A DNA stretch of 63,145 nucleotides, the filler included, from Globobulimina sp. (lineage: Eukaryota): assembly GCA_003354225.1 (NCBI GenBank). It is 16 parts of 16 records of this genome, joined end to end, with 100 filler letters (N's around TTAATTAATTAA, not from the genome) between each part and the next. Parts side by side here need not be neighbours in the genome. Positions count along the whole stretch, not along the records: positions 43,498 to 47,348 come from PIVH01001993.1; positions 47,449 to 51,299 come from PIVH01001994.1; positions 51,400 to 55,250 come from PIVH01001995.1; positions 55,351 to 59,198 come from PIVH01001996.1; 12 more parts are not named here. One strand, given 5' to 3'. The translations under genes were made by a program, and so were the position numbers. The notes below the pieces were generated by a model, which saw only the letters and a program-made list of their open reading frames with translations, did no database searches and was not told where the DNA came from. Each line of letters opens with the position of its first letter. The stretch's first letter is position 1. This document shows, piece after piece, positions 44,075-56,976 of this stretch.

Positions 44075-47000
44075 ATGTGGTTGCTGTGTATACCAGTAAT
44101 TTTGTTTGGGAATGTATTATCAACAGACGTTAATTTAAATCAATTGTATACCGTTAACACCACGTTATTATCGTCAACAACATATAATGTAATTAATGAT
44201 ATCGTAATCAGTGAAAATGTATTTGTGACTGTCCAAGACAGTGTAACCATTATATTCAAAGGAGATTTCTCAATATCAGTCTATGGCCATTTAATAATGG
44301 GATGTGATGCAGTAAACACTTTGAATGACCATACCATTGGGATTTCATCCGCAGCCCAAACCATATTTGTTTATAATAATAACACTGCGACTAAACAAGG
44401 TCGAATATCAATTGCATCGTATGGATCAGGGTTTTTTTGTAATGTTAAATTCAGCCATCTGTATTATGCAATAGATATAAATGCAAATTATGGTGATTAT
44501 AAAGTGGATAATTGTGAGTTTTATAATAATTATTATGGAATTGTTGGAAGAGCTTATACAAATATTGACATACAACGTGGTATAACAGATAGCAATTTTT
44601 CATTCAATCAACAGTATGATATATATTTTGCATATCAGGTAAATATTACAAATAATTTATTTAATGGCAATGCATATAGATCCATATATTCATATCAGTA
44701 TTGCAACATACATAACAACACATTTATTGCTTCAAATACTGTACAATGTGCTATATATGTCCGATATGACACAAATTATATCACATTTAATACATTTTAC
44801 AATTTCCCATCTTATGCAATTCAAACATATGCTTCTAATATACACTTTACTTCATATATATTATACAATACATTTATTAATAATAATATTGTTGTTAGTA
44901 TTCAAGGTTCTGCACTCATAGCCATACATTATAATAATTTCATTAATAATTCAATCAGCATTGAGTTGACAGCAAATGTGAACGAACCAAATTGTAGTTA
45001 TAATTATTACGGCACAGCATCAACAAATCAATCTATTGTATCACAGCAAATTGTTGATATTTGTGCTGGGGAATCCGGAGGTATGTTCTTAAGGACGTTA
45101 ACAAATATTTTTTAAAATGATCCAAATTACATTTTTAGTGTTGTTCAACTTTATATTGTGCCAATATAGTGAATATAGACATTTTTTTTGAACAATAACT
45201 AGCGTTTCTAAGATTCCATTTTTTTTTTGCAAGAAACATTATTAAAATGAAATTCCGATCCACTAACTCCATTCATTACATTCACATTCTTAATAACAAA
45301 GGTTTAATAACATGGTGGCCGTGGTACATTGAGGCGATTCCTATCACCGCATTGCCAATAACATATCCGATGGAAGCAACATTTAGCACATTAGAATGCG
45401 TTGGACCTGATAATCACCCTCAGATTATTGGTAATAGATTAAGTGTATTATATTTGCAAAATATTACATTAACTTCAGCTAATTCACCATATTATGTTGT
45501 AAATCATGTATGGTTGCAAGATGGCGTTACAATGACAGTACAACATTCTGTTACAATCATATTTGTTGCTGATTATACTTTCAATGTAAGGGGCCATTTA
45601 ATAATGGGATGTGATGCAGTAAACACTTTGAATGACCATACAATTGGGATTTCATCCGCAGCCCAAACAATATTTGTTTATAATAATAATACTGCGACTA
45701 AACAAGGTCAAATATCAATTGCGTCGTATGGATTAGGATTTTTTTGTAATGTTAAATTCAGCCATCTGTATTATGCAATAAATACACATGCACATTTTGG
45801 TGATTATAATGTGGATAATTGTGAATTTTACAATAATCTTTATGCAATTTATGGGGGAGGTTATACAATTGACATAGGTCGAATAACAGATAGTAATTTT
45901 TCATTCAATCGGGAAGATATACATTATGCAGATCGGGTAAATATTACAAATAACTTATTCGTAGGTAGTGAATCCAGATCCATATATTCATCCCAATATT
46001 GCAACATACATAACAACACTTTTATAGCTTCCAATACTTCAATAGATGGTCTATATGTTCGATATGAAGCACATATTACATTTAATACATTTATTAATTT
46101 CCCATCTTATGCAATCCAAACAGGCTCAAATGCCTTTACTTCATATATATTTTACAATACATTTATTGATAATAATATTGCTGTCAATATTCAAACTTCT
46201 TCGATAACACCAATACATTATAATAATTTCATTAATAATTCTTACAATATTGCATTATTCAGCGACAGCAATCAACCAAACTGTTCTCATAATTGGAATG
46301 GTATTGTCAATAATATCACTGATCCGAAGCAAACAGCGAATAAAATGTTGCATTTTTGCAGTGGCAGTGAATATAATGGAATCATAACATTTTGGCCATA
46401 TTTTGCAGCTCCACTATTTTTGAATGAATTGTCGAATTTGCCTGCTTTGTACACATTTAATTTTTCAGACTGTTCATCCATAAATCAAGCTGGAACAGCC
46501 ATTTTAGTGCCAAATCAACCAACGCGTTCACCCACATTTGCTCCTTCCATTCCATCAATAAATCCAACATTGACACCCACCGTTTATCCAACTCCGTCAC
46601 CGACACAGATTCCAACCAAAAGTCCATCAAAAACACCAACTAAATCACCAACCAATACAACACAGAATCCATCAAATAATCCAACATTAAATCCAATAAC
46701 ATCTGTGTCTCCAACTAAAGCACCAACAATTTCACCGTCTAATAATCCGACTTCATTTCCATCCCTATCACCAACAATAAATCCAACCAAAACTCCAACC
46801 CCTTCACCAACAACTAATCCATCAATGCATCCAACAAATCATCCAACAAATCATCCAACTAATTCACCAACAACTAAGTCACCAACAACGGAGCAACCCA
46901 CAGATAATCCATCCTATTATTCCAATATCACAACACCGCAACCCACAAATAATCCAATTATAGCTGGACCACCAACTCCTTCGCCAACACAGAATCCATC

Positions 47001-47348
47001 AAATAATCCAACCTCTATTCCGAGCACAAAGTCGCCCACAAACAGTCCAACCACAATACGGAGAGCTTTCCGCTTTCGATGCTTTTATAATGATAGAAAG
47101 ATAAATTATTATTCCATTTATATGACATTGCCACAGTACGCGGACTTACTGATAAATGCGACATTATCCTCCATTGAGTCCATCACATTTTCATCCACCA
47201 ACTATGAGGAAACACAAATGAATCAACGTGCTGCTTGGAAAAGAGGTGGAATTTCTCATTTTGAGATTTGTTCTATTTTTACGAGTGTTGATTTAAAACA
47301 AAATTGTTCAGCTTACCAAGAAGACTCAGATTCTGATGAAAAGGATGT
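44075..47348 (+). CDS. Secreted parallel beta-helix protein with internal duplication and PT-repeat stalk; intron 45081-45301; 3'-partial
   Basis: Signal peptide MWLLCIPVILFGNVLS; repeated I.NN.F / N.F.NN; the intron joins the two ORFs in frame; PTxxP repeats at about 46520-47055. Confidence 0.85.
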
Positions 47349-47764
47349 NNNNNNNNNNNNNNNNNNNNNNNNNNNNNNNNNNNNNNNNNNNNTTAATTAA
47401 TTAANNNNNNNNNNNNNNNNNNNNNNNNNNNNNNNNNNNNNNNNNNNNCGATGTGATTCATGACCATATCATTAAAGCGTGTCTATCAAAATCGTTTAAT
47501 GACATTAATGATACGACGCAGTATATCATATCTGAAGGATATCCGGTCGCGTTGATATTGCCCAAGTATTTGTTGAACACCAATTGTGGTTGGAGGGATG
47601 GCTGTGGCTGTGTAGACACTAGTGTCTAACGTGTCAAGTTGTTTGATTGATTGTGGTGTTGGTGAGCGATAAGCTCCGCCAGAGCTAAAGATCATTCTAC
47701 CACCCATCATTTTTTACTCAGAGAAGTTTTGCAACACAATTAAATTAATAAAATCATCAATTCA

Positions 47765-47885
47765 TTACAAACTGAATTTAGCACACATGAACTTGTGATA
47801 TCCAATTGTCCAATCTTTTTTTTGACATTTTTTGCTACAATATCTTGCAACACGACATTCTTTACATTTATACATTCGATCGGTA
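47765..47885 (-). pseudogene. MYND zinc-finger fragment
   Basis: CKECRVARYCSKKCQKKDW...HKFMC; the first CxxC pair is absent. Confidence 0.7.
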
Positions 47886-47936
47886 TCAAAATGATTCGCT
47901 GTGGTGCGGCATTTAGTGAGATAAAATGGGATAAAA

Positions 47937-48190
47937 TGATTGAATTGAATGAGGTTCAATTGCGAGGGCATTACATCTCACAAATGGATTTTGAAAACGC
48001 TTTATTGCATGTACAGCCGAGCAGTCGAAGAGAAGGGTTTGCGACCATTCCGGACGTGTCATGGGAGGATATCGGGGCATTGAGTCATATCAGCAATGAA
48101 TTGACACTCAAAATAACAGCGCGCATCAGATATAAGTCAATGTTCAGTGCATTGCAGATTGACAATGCGTGCGGAGTGTTACTGTACGAT
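47937..48190 (+). pseudogene. Fragment of an NVL/Rix7-type AAA ATPase
   Basis: DFENAL..VQPSSRREGFATIPDVSWEDIGAL...GVLLY, ending just before Walker A. Confidence 0.8.
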
Positions 48191-48943
48191 GACTATAGAG
48201 TTTGTGGCGAGTGAAACTTGGATGGAAATTATGTGGTGGTGCGGATGCGCCCACATTTGGTGCTGCATATGATGGTTATTTTAAAAAAATAAATTAAGTT
48301 ATTGAATGACATTTTCTGTGTTGAGGGTAAATGGAAAGCATCGAAGTGGATGGCAATTGCATCACTTTTATTGAATACGCGAGTTGGGTATTATTTGGAG
48401 ATTCGAATTATGACACAGACAGATGAGTCACAGATCTCCACAAATTCCAGCCTCAAAAGATCAATTTAAAGCACAGTTGGAAACAGATAAATTGTGTCAA
48501 TAGGGAAATGTGGGAACATGCCCGAAGTACCGACTGGGAACGATGCACACGTTTCAAACAACAAAGAAAAGCACACGTTTCAAAAAATTGACACACTAAT
48601 ATTTGAAACACAAGAGATTGATCAATTGAATTCAAATATTACTACAATCAATCAAAAAGAAATCATTAAATACCTGTTATTTCCAATCGCAAACGGTTTG
48701 AACAAAGCCCAACACAATACCATCACAAAATCACTCATCAAATATATAATTGATACGCATCGGTTCGATAAGGAGCTGCTGTTATTGGATTTGGATTTCT
48801 TCAAACACACATGACCACTCGTCAAATCCATTATTATCACTGTAAAATAGCTAATATTTCCAACATTATTTCCATTTCTGCAATCCACAAAATTGGAAGT
48901 TGTACTTTGTATACTGTGTATGTTATAGAAATGATCACATGAA

Positions 48944-49279
48944 TCATGTGATCGAGACTAGTATTATGATAATGGAAATAAACAAAGTCATTCCATCATT
49001 AATACAGTCTATCAAACTCAGATACTCAAAATAAACACACTTTATTATCGCCCCTATGAAATCCATATTCGTACTGCTTTGGTCATCAATCATTAGATTA
49101 CATCTTCCATCGTCAGTATTTGTAACTTCGCAGATTTCGTTATTGTTTTTTAGATTCGCCATTAATATCCGCTGTGTTGTCAGACTTTGTGATATTGCGT
49201 GGTGATAGATAGCGAATGCGATTAGGACTTGGAGGACTGTGAGGAGAATTGCTGTCTTCAAAGGAAACATGTTTGACAT
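48944..49279 (-). CDS. Small hypothetical protein with N-terminal hydrophobic segment (possibly a truncated pseudogene)
   Basis: ATG ORF with a signal-anchor; degenerate tandem copy at about 49700-50095. Confidence 0.4.
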   Translation of the reverse strand: MSNMFPLKTAILLTVLQVLIAFAIYHHAISQSLTTQRILMANLKNNNEICEVTNTDDGRCNLMIDDQSSTNMDFIGAIIKCVYFEYLSLIDCINDGMTLFISIIIILVSIT

Positions 49280-51399
49280 GCTTTGACTTTAGTAGCTCAG
49301 AAGTTTTTCTTACAGAATTTTAAACATTTAAATTTTCAAACCTCAAGACACATTCATTGATTAACATTACAATTTATCATTCACACAAATTTCAAGTGTT
49401 ACTATTTGTTTTCATTATTATTATTCATCATTATTCATCTGTGAAATGTCCATTTATTACGACAGTAATTCCTATTCCTGCACTCCAGCATTTGCTTATC
49501 TGCCCTTGCTGTCGATCCAATCAGAAATACAATCTGGACATACACAATCACAGAATCACAGACATGAATTTCAGTGTCAGAAAAACAGAGACGAAAACAC
49601 ATAATTTGGTACCTTTCATCCAATCATTTTATTCCATCACAAGTGAACGTTATCATTGTTTGAGATCACGGAATTAAAACAGATTCAATATATCATTCCG
49701 TTTCTGTTTGACATTCAAACTGGCCACAAATTATCAAGCATTACTCCGTTGGATCAAACATATTATTCCCATAAATTTATGCCTTTTCATTGTCCAAAAA
49801 TTATTTGATTTATCAATTATTAAAGTGCCATTTCTGAATGAATAAAATCACATTTTGTGCCGGATTTCATCCACATAAATGGCAATCATTCTATCATTAT
49901 TATCGAAAATCCTCTTTCAGATTACTTTCGCATCAATCATTGCTGTCGTCACTTTTTCCTATCAATATCCGCTGTACTGTTAAACTTTGAGATATCCATT
50001 AGTGAACGATACTAGATCGATGGTGACTGAGAGAACTGTGTTGAACTCCCTTGTCGAGAGCATTTTCAAAGACTTGACACTGAAGAGTTTTTTCACACAG
50101 CATTTAATTATTTCAAGACTAGTTTTACTTTCTATTATATTATTTACTCTTACACATTAGAAATTAGTACAACCATTTCATTCATACCACATTATCAAAA
50201 TTTATCTTTATTTCACGATTTATACATTTCCGCAAATGTTAACTTTATCTGATTTATTATTTCATTATTAACATTTTATTATTCTCAACATTTCACTTAT
50301 TTAAACACTTCTATTTTTTCATCCACATTGAACATTTTCCTCACATTTTACATCATTGTTGAACATAGTCCAAACAATTGAACAAAATCTAATTTAATTT
50401 GACACATTTCCCATTTTTCAAATTTATTTTATGAGTTTTCCTTTTCTTTTCTTTACTTTGTTTGTTTTTATTGTTTGTCTTTATTTAATTTTGGGGCAAG
50501 GCGACAGGATTCTTATACGATGTCGTTGTGATTCATTTCACTATATTCTGAGCCTTTCCCTCCACATTTTTAATTCAAATTGTTCCACCCAACGTTCTAA
50601 AATGGACTGTGATATGGATACAAAAGGAAATACAACCAAAGGGGCAGCTGTTGATGTAAAACATATGGCACAATCATACAGTGAAGGGATGGAAACTCGA
50701 AGAAATATTAATGCGAAATACAATCAACTTGTCATTGCTGACAATATTAATGATAATGACTACAAAGAGACAGAGAATAGACACCAAAACGAGGAAGAAA
50801 TGAATGATGAGATGAAATAGTATCCCTGTGTGAGGTGTTTAATAACACTTTGTTCTTTGAAAAGCAAACTCGTATCATATCATATAACTGCCACCCACTA
50901 ATCATATCATGTTTTGCAGGTTGTGTGTGAGATTGCCATGCAAAGTATAAATGTTTTTTTGAGTTGTTCCTCACTGAGTAATGTCAACAATGTCAACAAA
51001 AGTTATTACGATATTGTATAAAGTGTCAGTGTAATAATTAATTAACAATGCATTCACATTGGAATGTCTTTAACTTTTCCGCATTTTCATCAAACGAGAT
51101 AGATAATTTTCCCTCTCATTTTCCGCTGATCTTTTCCTTTTATTTCTCCTTTTCTTTTTCGCAGTTTTGTGCTCAAATCCATTATTTTTACACTCATTAC
51201 ACAAATCGAAATCCACACATTCACAACACCTCCACCTCATTTTCAAATATTTCGTGTTTGATTTGTAATGAATCTGTGCATGTATGCATGAACGGAGTTN
51301 NNNNNNNNNNNNNNNNNNNNNNNNNNNNNNNNNNNNNNNNNNNTTAATTAATTAANNNNNNNNNNNNNNNNNNNNNNNNNNNNNNNNNNNNNNNNNNNN

Positions 51400-52510
51400 T
51401 TTGGGCTCATGGAACTCTTTAAAATATGGATGTTGTAATGCTAATGATACAGAAATTCGTTTATACGGAGAATCTATATAAAAAACATGAGTTTTGTAAC
51501 GATGTAATATAATATGAAACATATACACTTAACATTGCAACATTTTTGTCAACAAATCAATAGCAACATCGCTTGTTCCGGGAAGTATTTGTTTGAGTGG
51601 TTGTGGTGCATAATAACGTTGCGATTGTATCCATTTTATAATTGCTTTATTTTCGATTTGTTGGATAAAATCATTTGATGGGGTGCCTAAAATAGAAAAT
51701 ATTTTTCTTAATTGATCTTGCAAATCATGCCCAACGAACAATGGTTTGCGTGCTAATAATTCAGCCATAATACAGGCAACACTCCATACATCAACTTCAA
51801 ATCCATAGGCTTTCCACATCATAATCTCCGGCGCTCGGTACCAACGCGTTGCTACATATTCAGTCATTGGCACAAATGCATTCGGATTGTAATCAATCAC
51901 TTTGGCCATGCCCAGATCACCAACTTTTATGTCACAATTTAAGTCCACAAAAATATTTGAAGGCTTGAGGTCGCGATGGATAACGCCGGCTGATTGCATG
52001 TAAAGTAAACTGCGAAGGATTTGATAAACAAAAAACTGTACATGTTTATCTATTAATTTCTGACTGGACCGGATTACTTTATGTAAATCAGTATCCATTA
52101 ATGGAGAGACAATGTACAAATCATTCAATGTATTATCCATATACAAATCGTTAATTTCAACAATGCCGTTATGATGCAGTTGTTTTAATATCTTAACTTC
52201 ACGGATTGCTCTTTTTGCATGGATTGGATTACGGAAAATATTTTCTAATTTTTTAATTGCGTAATATTTGCCTGTTGACACACATTTGCATGATACAACT
52301 TGACCGTACGCGCCATGACCTATTATTTGATTTACTTTGTATCTGGTTGGTATTTCAAACTCTATTCCACCAAATGATTTGTGAATAAATACTTGAGGTT
52401 TTGCTTCTGATTTGTTGTCTAAAATTGTTATTACTTAAATTTCATATCAGGCGATCAGAAAATTCAGAAAATAAATAACACAAACCTTCATTTTTTAATG
52501 GAAGAGCCAT
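51400..52510 (-). CDS. Mitogen-activated protein kinase (TEY), 3'-partial; introns 52419-52485 and 51474-51533
   Basis: IGHGAYGQV, AIKK, AKRAIREVKIL, HRDLKPSN, MTEYVATRWYRAPE, ALQHPYF. Confidence 0.93.
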
Positions 52511-52757
52511 TTTGAATGAAATTATAATTGAGTCAATAACTAAATTTATGCACGGACTGTATTTTGTAATTTGCGCAGATGCGTACGGAGTTATTCATAT
52601 AAATTACACAGCTGCAAAATCAGCTACATTTTATTACTGTTATTGGTATGATACTCGTTTGTTGTGCATGGTCCAGACCGTCCAGTGTGTAGAACTAATG
52701 TTTTTATTTTTCAAAGCAGAAGCTAACAACCTTCATTTCAACTACCCACTGGCACAA

Positions 52758-54166
52758 ATGGAACCAGCTGACGAAAAAGCACCATCAAAGTCAAACCTGA
52801 GCTTACAAGTGCAAGGTCATCCAAATCAAAACAAAAATGATTCAAATCAACAAAAAGCAACAGAACCAGAATACGCTGCATTACCTTATTACGCCGTATG
52901 GGTTTTATTTTTTCTTATTGGAACGTTTAATAATTTTGGTTATGTGGTTGTATTGGCAGCAGCAAAATCGTTAGCAGATTGTTTTCATGAATCAAACTTA
53001 ATTGGTATTGAAACCTGGGCATTAATAGGTTCTGGTTTTATTGTCAAATCCATCAATGCATTTTATTTAGAATCAATATCACATCGCATGCGTGCGCATA
53101 TTGCAGGCATTTTGTTTTTAACTGGATATACTTTGTTATCCTTCTCTGTTTATATTAACTTCGGCTTTGCTATATTTTCCATATTGATCATCGGCACAGC
53201 ATGTTCATTTGGAGAGTCTGTCATATTGGGATATTGCAAATTATTCCCAGCAAAGATGAGTGGTGCCTGGTCGAGTGGCACTGGCATGGCTGGCTTAGGT
53301 GGTGCTGGATTATATTTATTATTGGCTGAAGTCTTAAAATTTTCAAACCAGCAAATTTTTCTGCTCATGATACCATCAGCAATTATTTATATAATCGCTA
53401 TTGAATTGAGTTGGAGCTCTTCATTAAGGTATTTGTATTTTTTTTGCAGGATAAATCTGCATTTTTGTACTCAAACATTCACAGAAAAGCATGGATTGAC
53501 AGTGACAGTGATGACGATGGGTCAGCGTCTGAGGAACCGCTACTTATCAATGACGGTGAAGTAGTTGGCGATAATAACGAAGTGGAAGCTGTTGAAAGTA
53601 AATGGACACAAATACGCAGATGTTTTATGGTAAGTTGGTATAGAAATTTGATGTTATTATTAGTTTATGTGTTTGAATATGTTATCTCTGTTGGATTGGC
53701 TCAAATTGCCAATACACAACGCAGTGACACTCGGCAGGACTTTGATTACGTTTTATTGGCTGTATGTTATCAATTTGGTGTTTTCTTATCACGTTCTTCT
53801 GTTTCTATTATTGAATTACCTTATTTTGGAACAATGACATTGCTGCAATTTGCAAATGTTGTCTTATGGGCGATACACTGTGAAACAAATCTTTTTCATT
53901 ATGAAGCTATTCAGTTTATATTGATGATTTACGTGGGATTATTGGGAGGCGCAATGTATGTGAATTGTGCATACAGTATTTTAACTGATAAGAATATTGA
54001 TAATAAAGATCGAGAACTCTGTATAAATATGATGGCACTCGCTGTTAATATTGGTATCACTGCCTCGGCCATTGTTGAACTGGTTATGGACAACACATTT
54101 TTTTCCGATCTTGTGAATAAATCGGATACTGGCGGATCTTCAGCAACTGGATGTTCTACGTTCTAA
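52758..54166 (+). CDS. CLN3: Battenin/CLN3 (BTN1) lysosomal membrane protein; intron 53429-53484
   Basis: FFLIGTFNNFGYVVVLAAA, SFGESVILGY, AWSSGTGMAGLGGA, LLVYVFEYVI, YQFGVFLSRSS, GLLGGAMYVN, DRE. Confidence 0.92.
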
Positions 54167-54376
54167 ACTCGAAAAACTTCAAAGCTTTTAAGAAATTAAA
54201 ACATTATTTATATTTTTTTTCTTTAAAAAGATCCTAGAATCAATTAATGACTCTAATCAATTGTATTTTGTGTAAATATTTGCTATATATCAAATTAGTT
54301 TGTATAAATTATTAAAGAGTTAAAATTATAATATTACAACATTATATATGGAGTCTTGTCAAGATACATTCGAAAT

Positions 54377-55250
54377 TCATTCATGGGCAAATTGTGGTTT
54401 TCGTTTTTCTCTAAACGCAGACATTCCTTCTTTCTGATCTTTGGTAGAAAACGTCGAATGAAACAATCGTCTCTCAAATAACAACCCTTCTTTTAAACTG
54501 GATTCAAATGCACGATTCACGCACTCTTTTGCAATAGCAACAATTGGCTGTGATTTGGATGTAATTTTATTTGCCATTTTTATAGCCTCATCCAACACAT
54601 TGGTCTCATTTGGTATAACATCCGATATTAATCCCCATTCTTTGGCTTGTTGTGCCGTAAACATATCGCCGGTAAGACATAATTCCATAGCTTTTGATTT
54701 GCCAACAGCTCTCGTTAACCGTTGGGTGCCACCAATGCCCGGAATTGTACCTAAATTAATCTCAGGTTGACCGAATTTCGCTTTCTCAGACGCAATAATA
54801 ATATCACAGGTCATCGCTAATTCACATCCACCGCCCAACGCAAAGCCATTCACGGCGGCTATTATTGGTTTACGCATTTTATTGTATATTGTCTCTGCTA
54901 TTCCAAACATGTCTTCCTTATAAACATCCATATATGTTTTTGGTTCCATTTCTTTTATGTCCGCTCCGGCACAAAATGCTTTTTCTATATACCGGCATAT
55001 CGTTTTTGTTTTGTTTTTAATGTGAAATTAAAAGAAATTTCCTCATATATATATACCTCCTGAACCGGTGATAATTATGGCTGAGATGTTATCGTCATTC
55101 TCAAATGACAGCAATGCAGAAACTATTTCGTCCAACAAATCAATACAAAGTGCGTTTAGTGCGGTTGGTCTGTTTAATGTTATAATTCCTATGTTATTCT
55201 CTCTTGTTTCAATTAAGAGATGTTGATACGAATAAGATTCAGTTGGTGAT
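54377..55250 (-). CDS. ECHS1: Enoyl-CoA hydratase (crotonase), 5'-partial; intron 54985-55056
   Basis: [74 protein letters not shown]. Confidence 0.95.
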
Positions 55251-55394
55251 NNNNNNNNNNNNNNNNNNNNNNNNNNNNNNNNNNNNNNNNNNNNTTAATT
55301 AATTAANNNNNNNNNNNNNNNNNNNNNNNNNNNNNNNNNNNNNNNNNNNNTTTTTATTTTTATTTGTTTTAGTAACTTAACTATATCGACAACA

Positions 55395-56876
55395 ATGACT
55401 GGTCTTTCACACTGCAAAGCATGTATTGTGTATGCCATACTGCTAATTGTCACAATAACAACGAATTTTATTTTGCGTGGCCTTGGCAATCTGATATGGT
55501 GCTCATTATTATCAACAGCAACGTTACTAATCATTATTTATTTCTTATGCACCAAACCATCCCCAAGCATACCACCATTAGCAAAGCCCCAACAACAACA
55601 AGCAAAACAATCAGAACATGCTGACTCTCTCGTTTCTGTGAATTCGGCACCACCAACGCGTCCCTCTCGTCTTTATTATTTGGATAATTTGAAATCAATT
55701 TTAACCGCAATTGTAGTGATCCACCATACATCGATGGCATTTAGTTCCGGTGGCGGTTGGTATTATAACTTAGCAAATTATTATAATGGTTTTCAAATTG
55801 TTTCCCTTACTCTGCAACTATTGGACCAGTCATATTTTATGTGCTTATTTTTCTTTATATCCGGCTATTTTACGCCAATATCCTGTGACCGCAAAGGTGT
55901 CAAAATGTTCCTTTGTGATAAGTTTAAAAGATTGGGTATTCCGTTTATAATTTACGAGTTAGTGTTGGGTCCATTGGTTGCCTTTTTTATCAATTTTTTA
56001 TTCATTTCACACAACTCATGGTCTTATGGCCCCGATCCTGGACCGTGCTGGTTTTTGTTGTGGTTGCTTATTTTTAATGTTTGCTATGCCGCAATTGATG
56101 GAAACGCTTCTTTTTTAAAAGTAAAACTGCCCTCCGTAGTAATGCTAATTGTATATGGCGCGTTGTTAGGATTTGTCCAATACATTGTAGTGATGGCAAT
56201 ACCCGATGGGAATTATATATTTATGCCTATAACGATTGGTTCGTTGCCATTTGATATTGTTTTTTTTATGTCCGGTGTTGCTGCAAAATATAATGGCTGG
56301 TTAGTTCAAACCATACCGAATTTATCAAAATATAATGTGTTTGCTATGCGGATTTTAACTATATTTTGTGCGTTGGGAATGTTTAGTTTCTGCGTGTTTT
56401 TGTATGTGGTTGATTTTGGACATGGATTGATAGCAAAAAAGAACGAATCAGACCATGACTGTGACTCAGATGATTATGATTGGAGTGAGTGGTATATAAC
56501 GATTGTTATGTGTGGTGTTTTTATGTTTGCTGGCATTTGTTGTACGATTATTAGTGTATCATTTGTTGAATTTGCTCATTCGTTTTTAAATTTTAGCAAT
56601 AAAAGTACGGTATTTTTTAGTAAATCAGCATATACGGTGTATGTCATTCATCCATTGGTTGTTGTTCCTGTTACTTGGTCATTTCAGGCATTGTTGCAAC
56701 CTTCGAATGGACAAACAATGTATTTCTGTAAAGATACAAGTGTGAGCAAAACCCATTTTAGTAATAATTGGTTAGTTTGGATTGGTTGGATTTATTCCGT
56801 GATCTTGTCATTAACCATTTTATGGCCTTTGGCTTGGTATATCAGGAAACTCCCAGGTCTCAATAAAATATTATGA
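55395..56876 (+). CDS. Acyltransferase-3 family (OpgC/MdoC-like) membrane acyltransferase
   Basis: RLYYLDNLK...VVIHH, FMCLFFFISGYF, DKFKRLGIP, GPCWFL, SAYTVYVIH; more than 10 TM segments. Confidence 0.9.
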   Translation: MTGLSHCKACIVYAILLIVTITTNFILRGLGNLIWCSLLSTATLLIIIYFLCTKPSPSIPPLAKPQQQQAKQSEHADSLVSVNSAPPTRPSRLYYLDNLKSILTAIVVIHHTSMAFSSGGGWYYNLANYYNGFQIVSLTLQLLDQSYFMCLFFFISGYFTPISCDRKGVKMFLCDKFKRLGIPFIIYELVLGPLVAFFINFLFISHNSWSYGPDPGPCWFLLWLLIFNVCYAAIDGNASFLKVKLPSVVMLIVYGALLGFVQYIVVMAIPDGNYIFMPITIGSLPFDIVFFMSGVAAKYNGWLVQTIPNLSKYNVFAMRILTIFCALGMFSFCVFLYVVDFGHGLIAKKNESDHDCDSDDYDWSEWYITIVMCGVFMFAGICCTIISVSFVEFAHSFLNFSNKSTVFFSKSAYTVYVIHPLVVVPVTWSFQALLQPSNGQTMYFCKDTSVSKTHFSNNWLVWIGWIYSVILSLTILWPLAWYIRKLPGLNKIL

Positions 56877-56976
56877 ACTGCGATACATGTACAGTATTAT
56901 TAGTATCATACCCTTGTTGTTTTAATTATATATTGTAATTATAACCTAAATATAAAATAAACTTTAAACTCAAAGC

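Noticed and set aside
49285-49310. GACTTTAGTAGCTCAG as a tRNA 5' half
   Set aside because: No D-stem partner, anticodon arm or T-arm nearby; it is the upstream region of the minus-strand ORF.
50100-51299. Short ORFs in an AT-rich region
   Set aside because: No recognisable motifs; compositionally biased.
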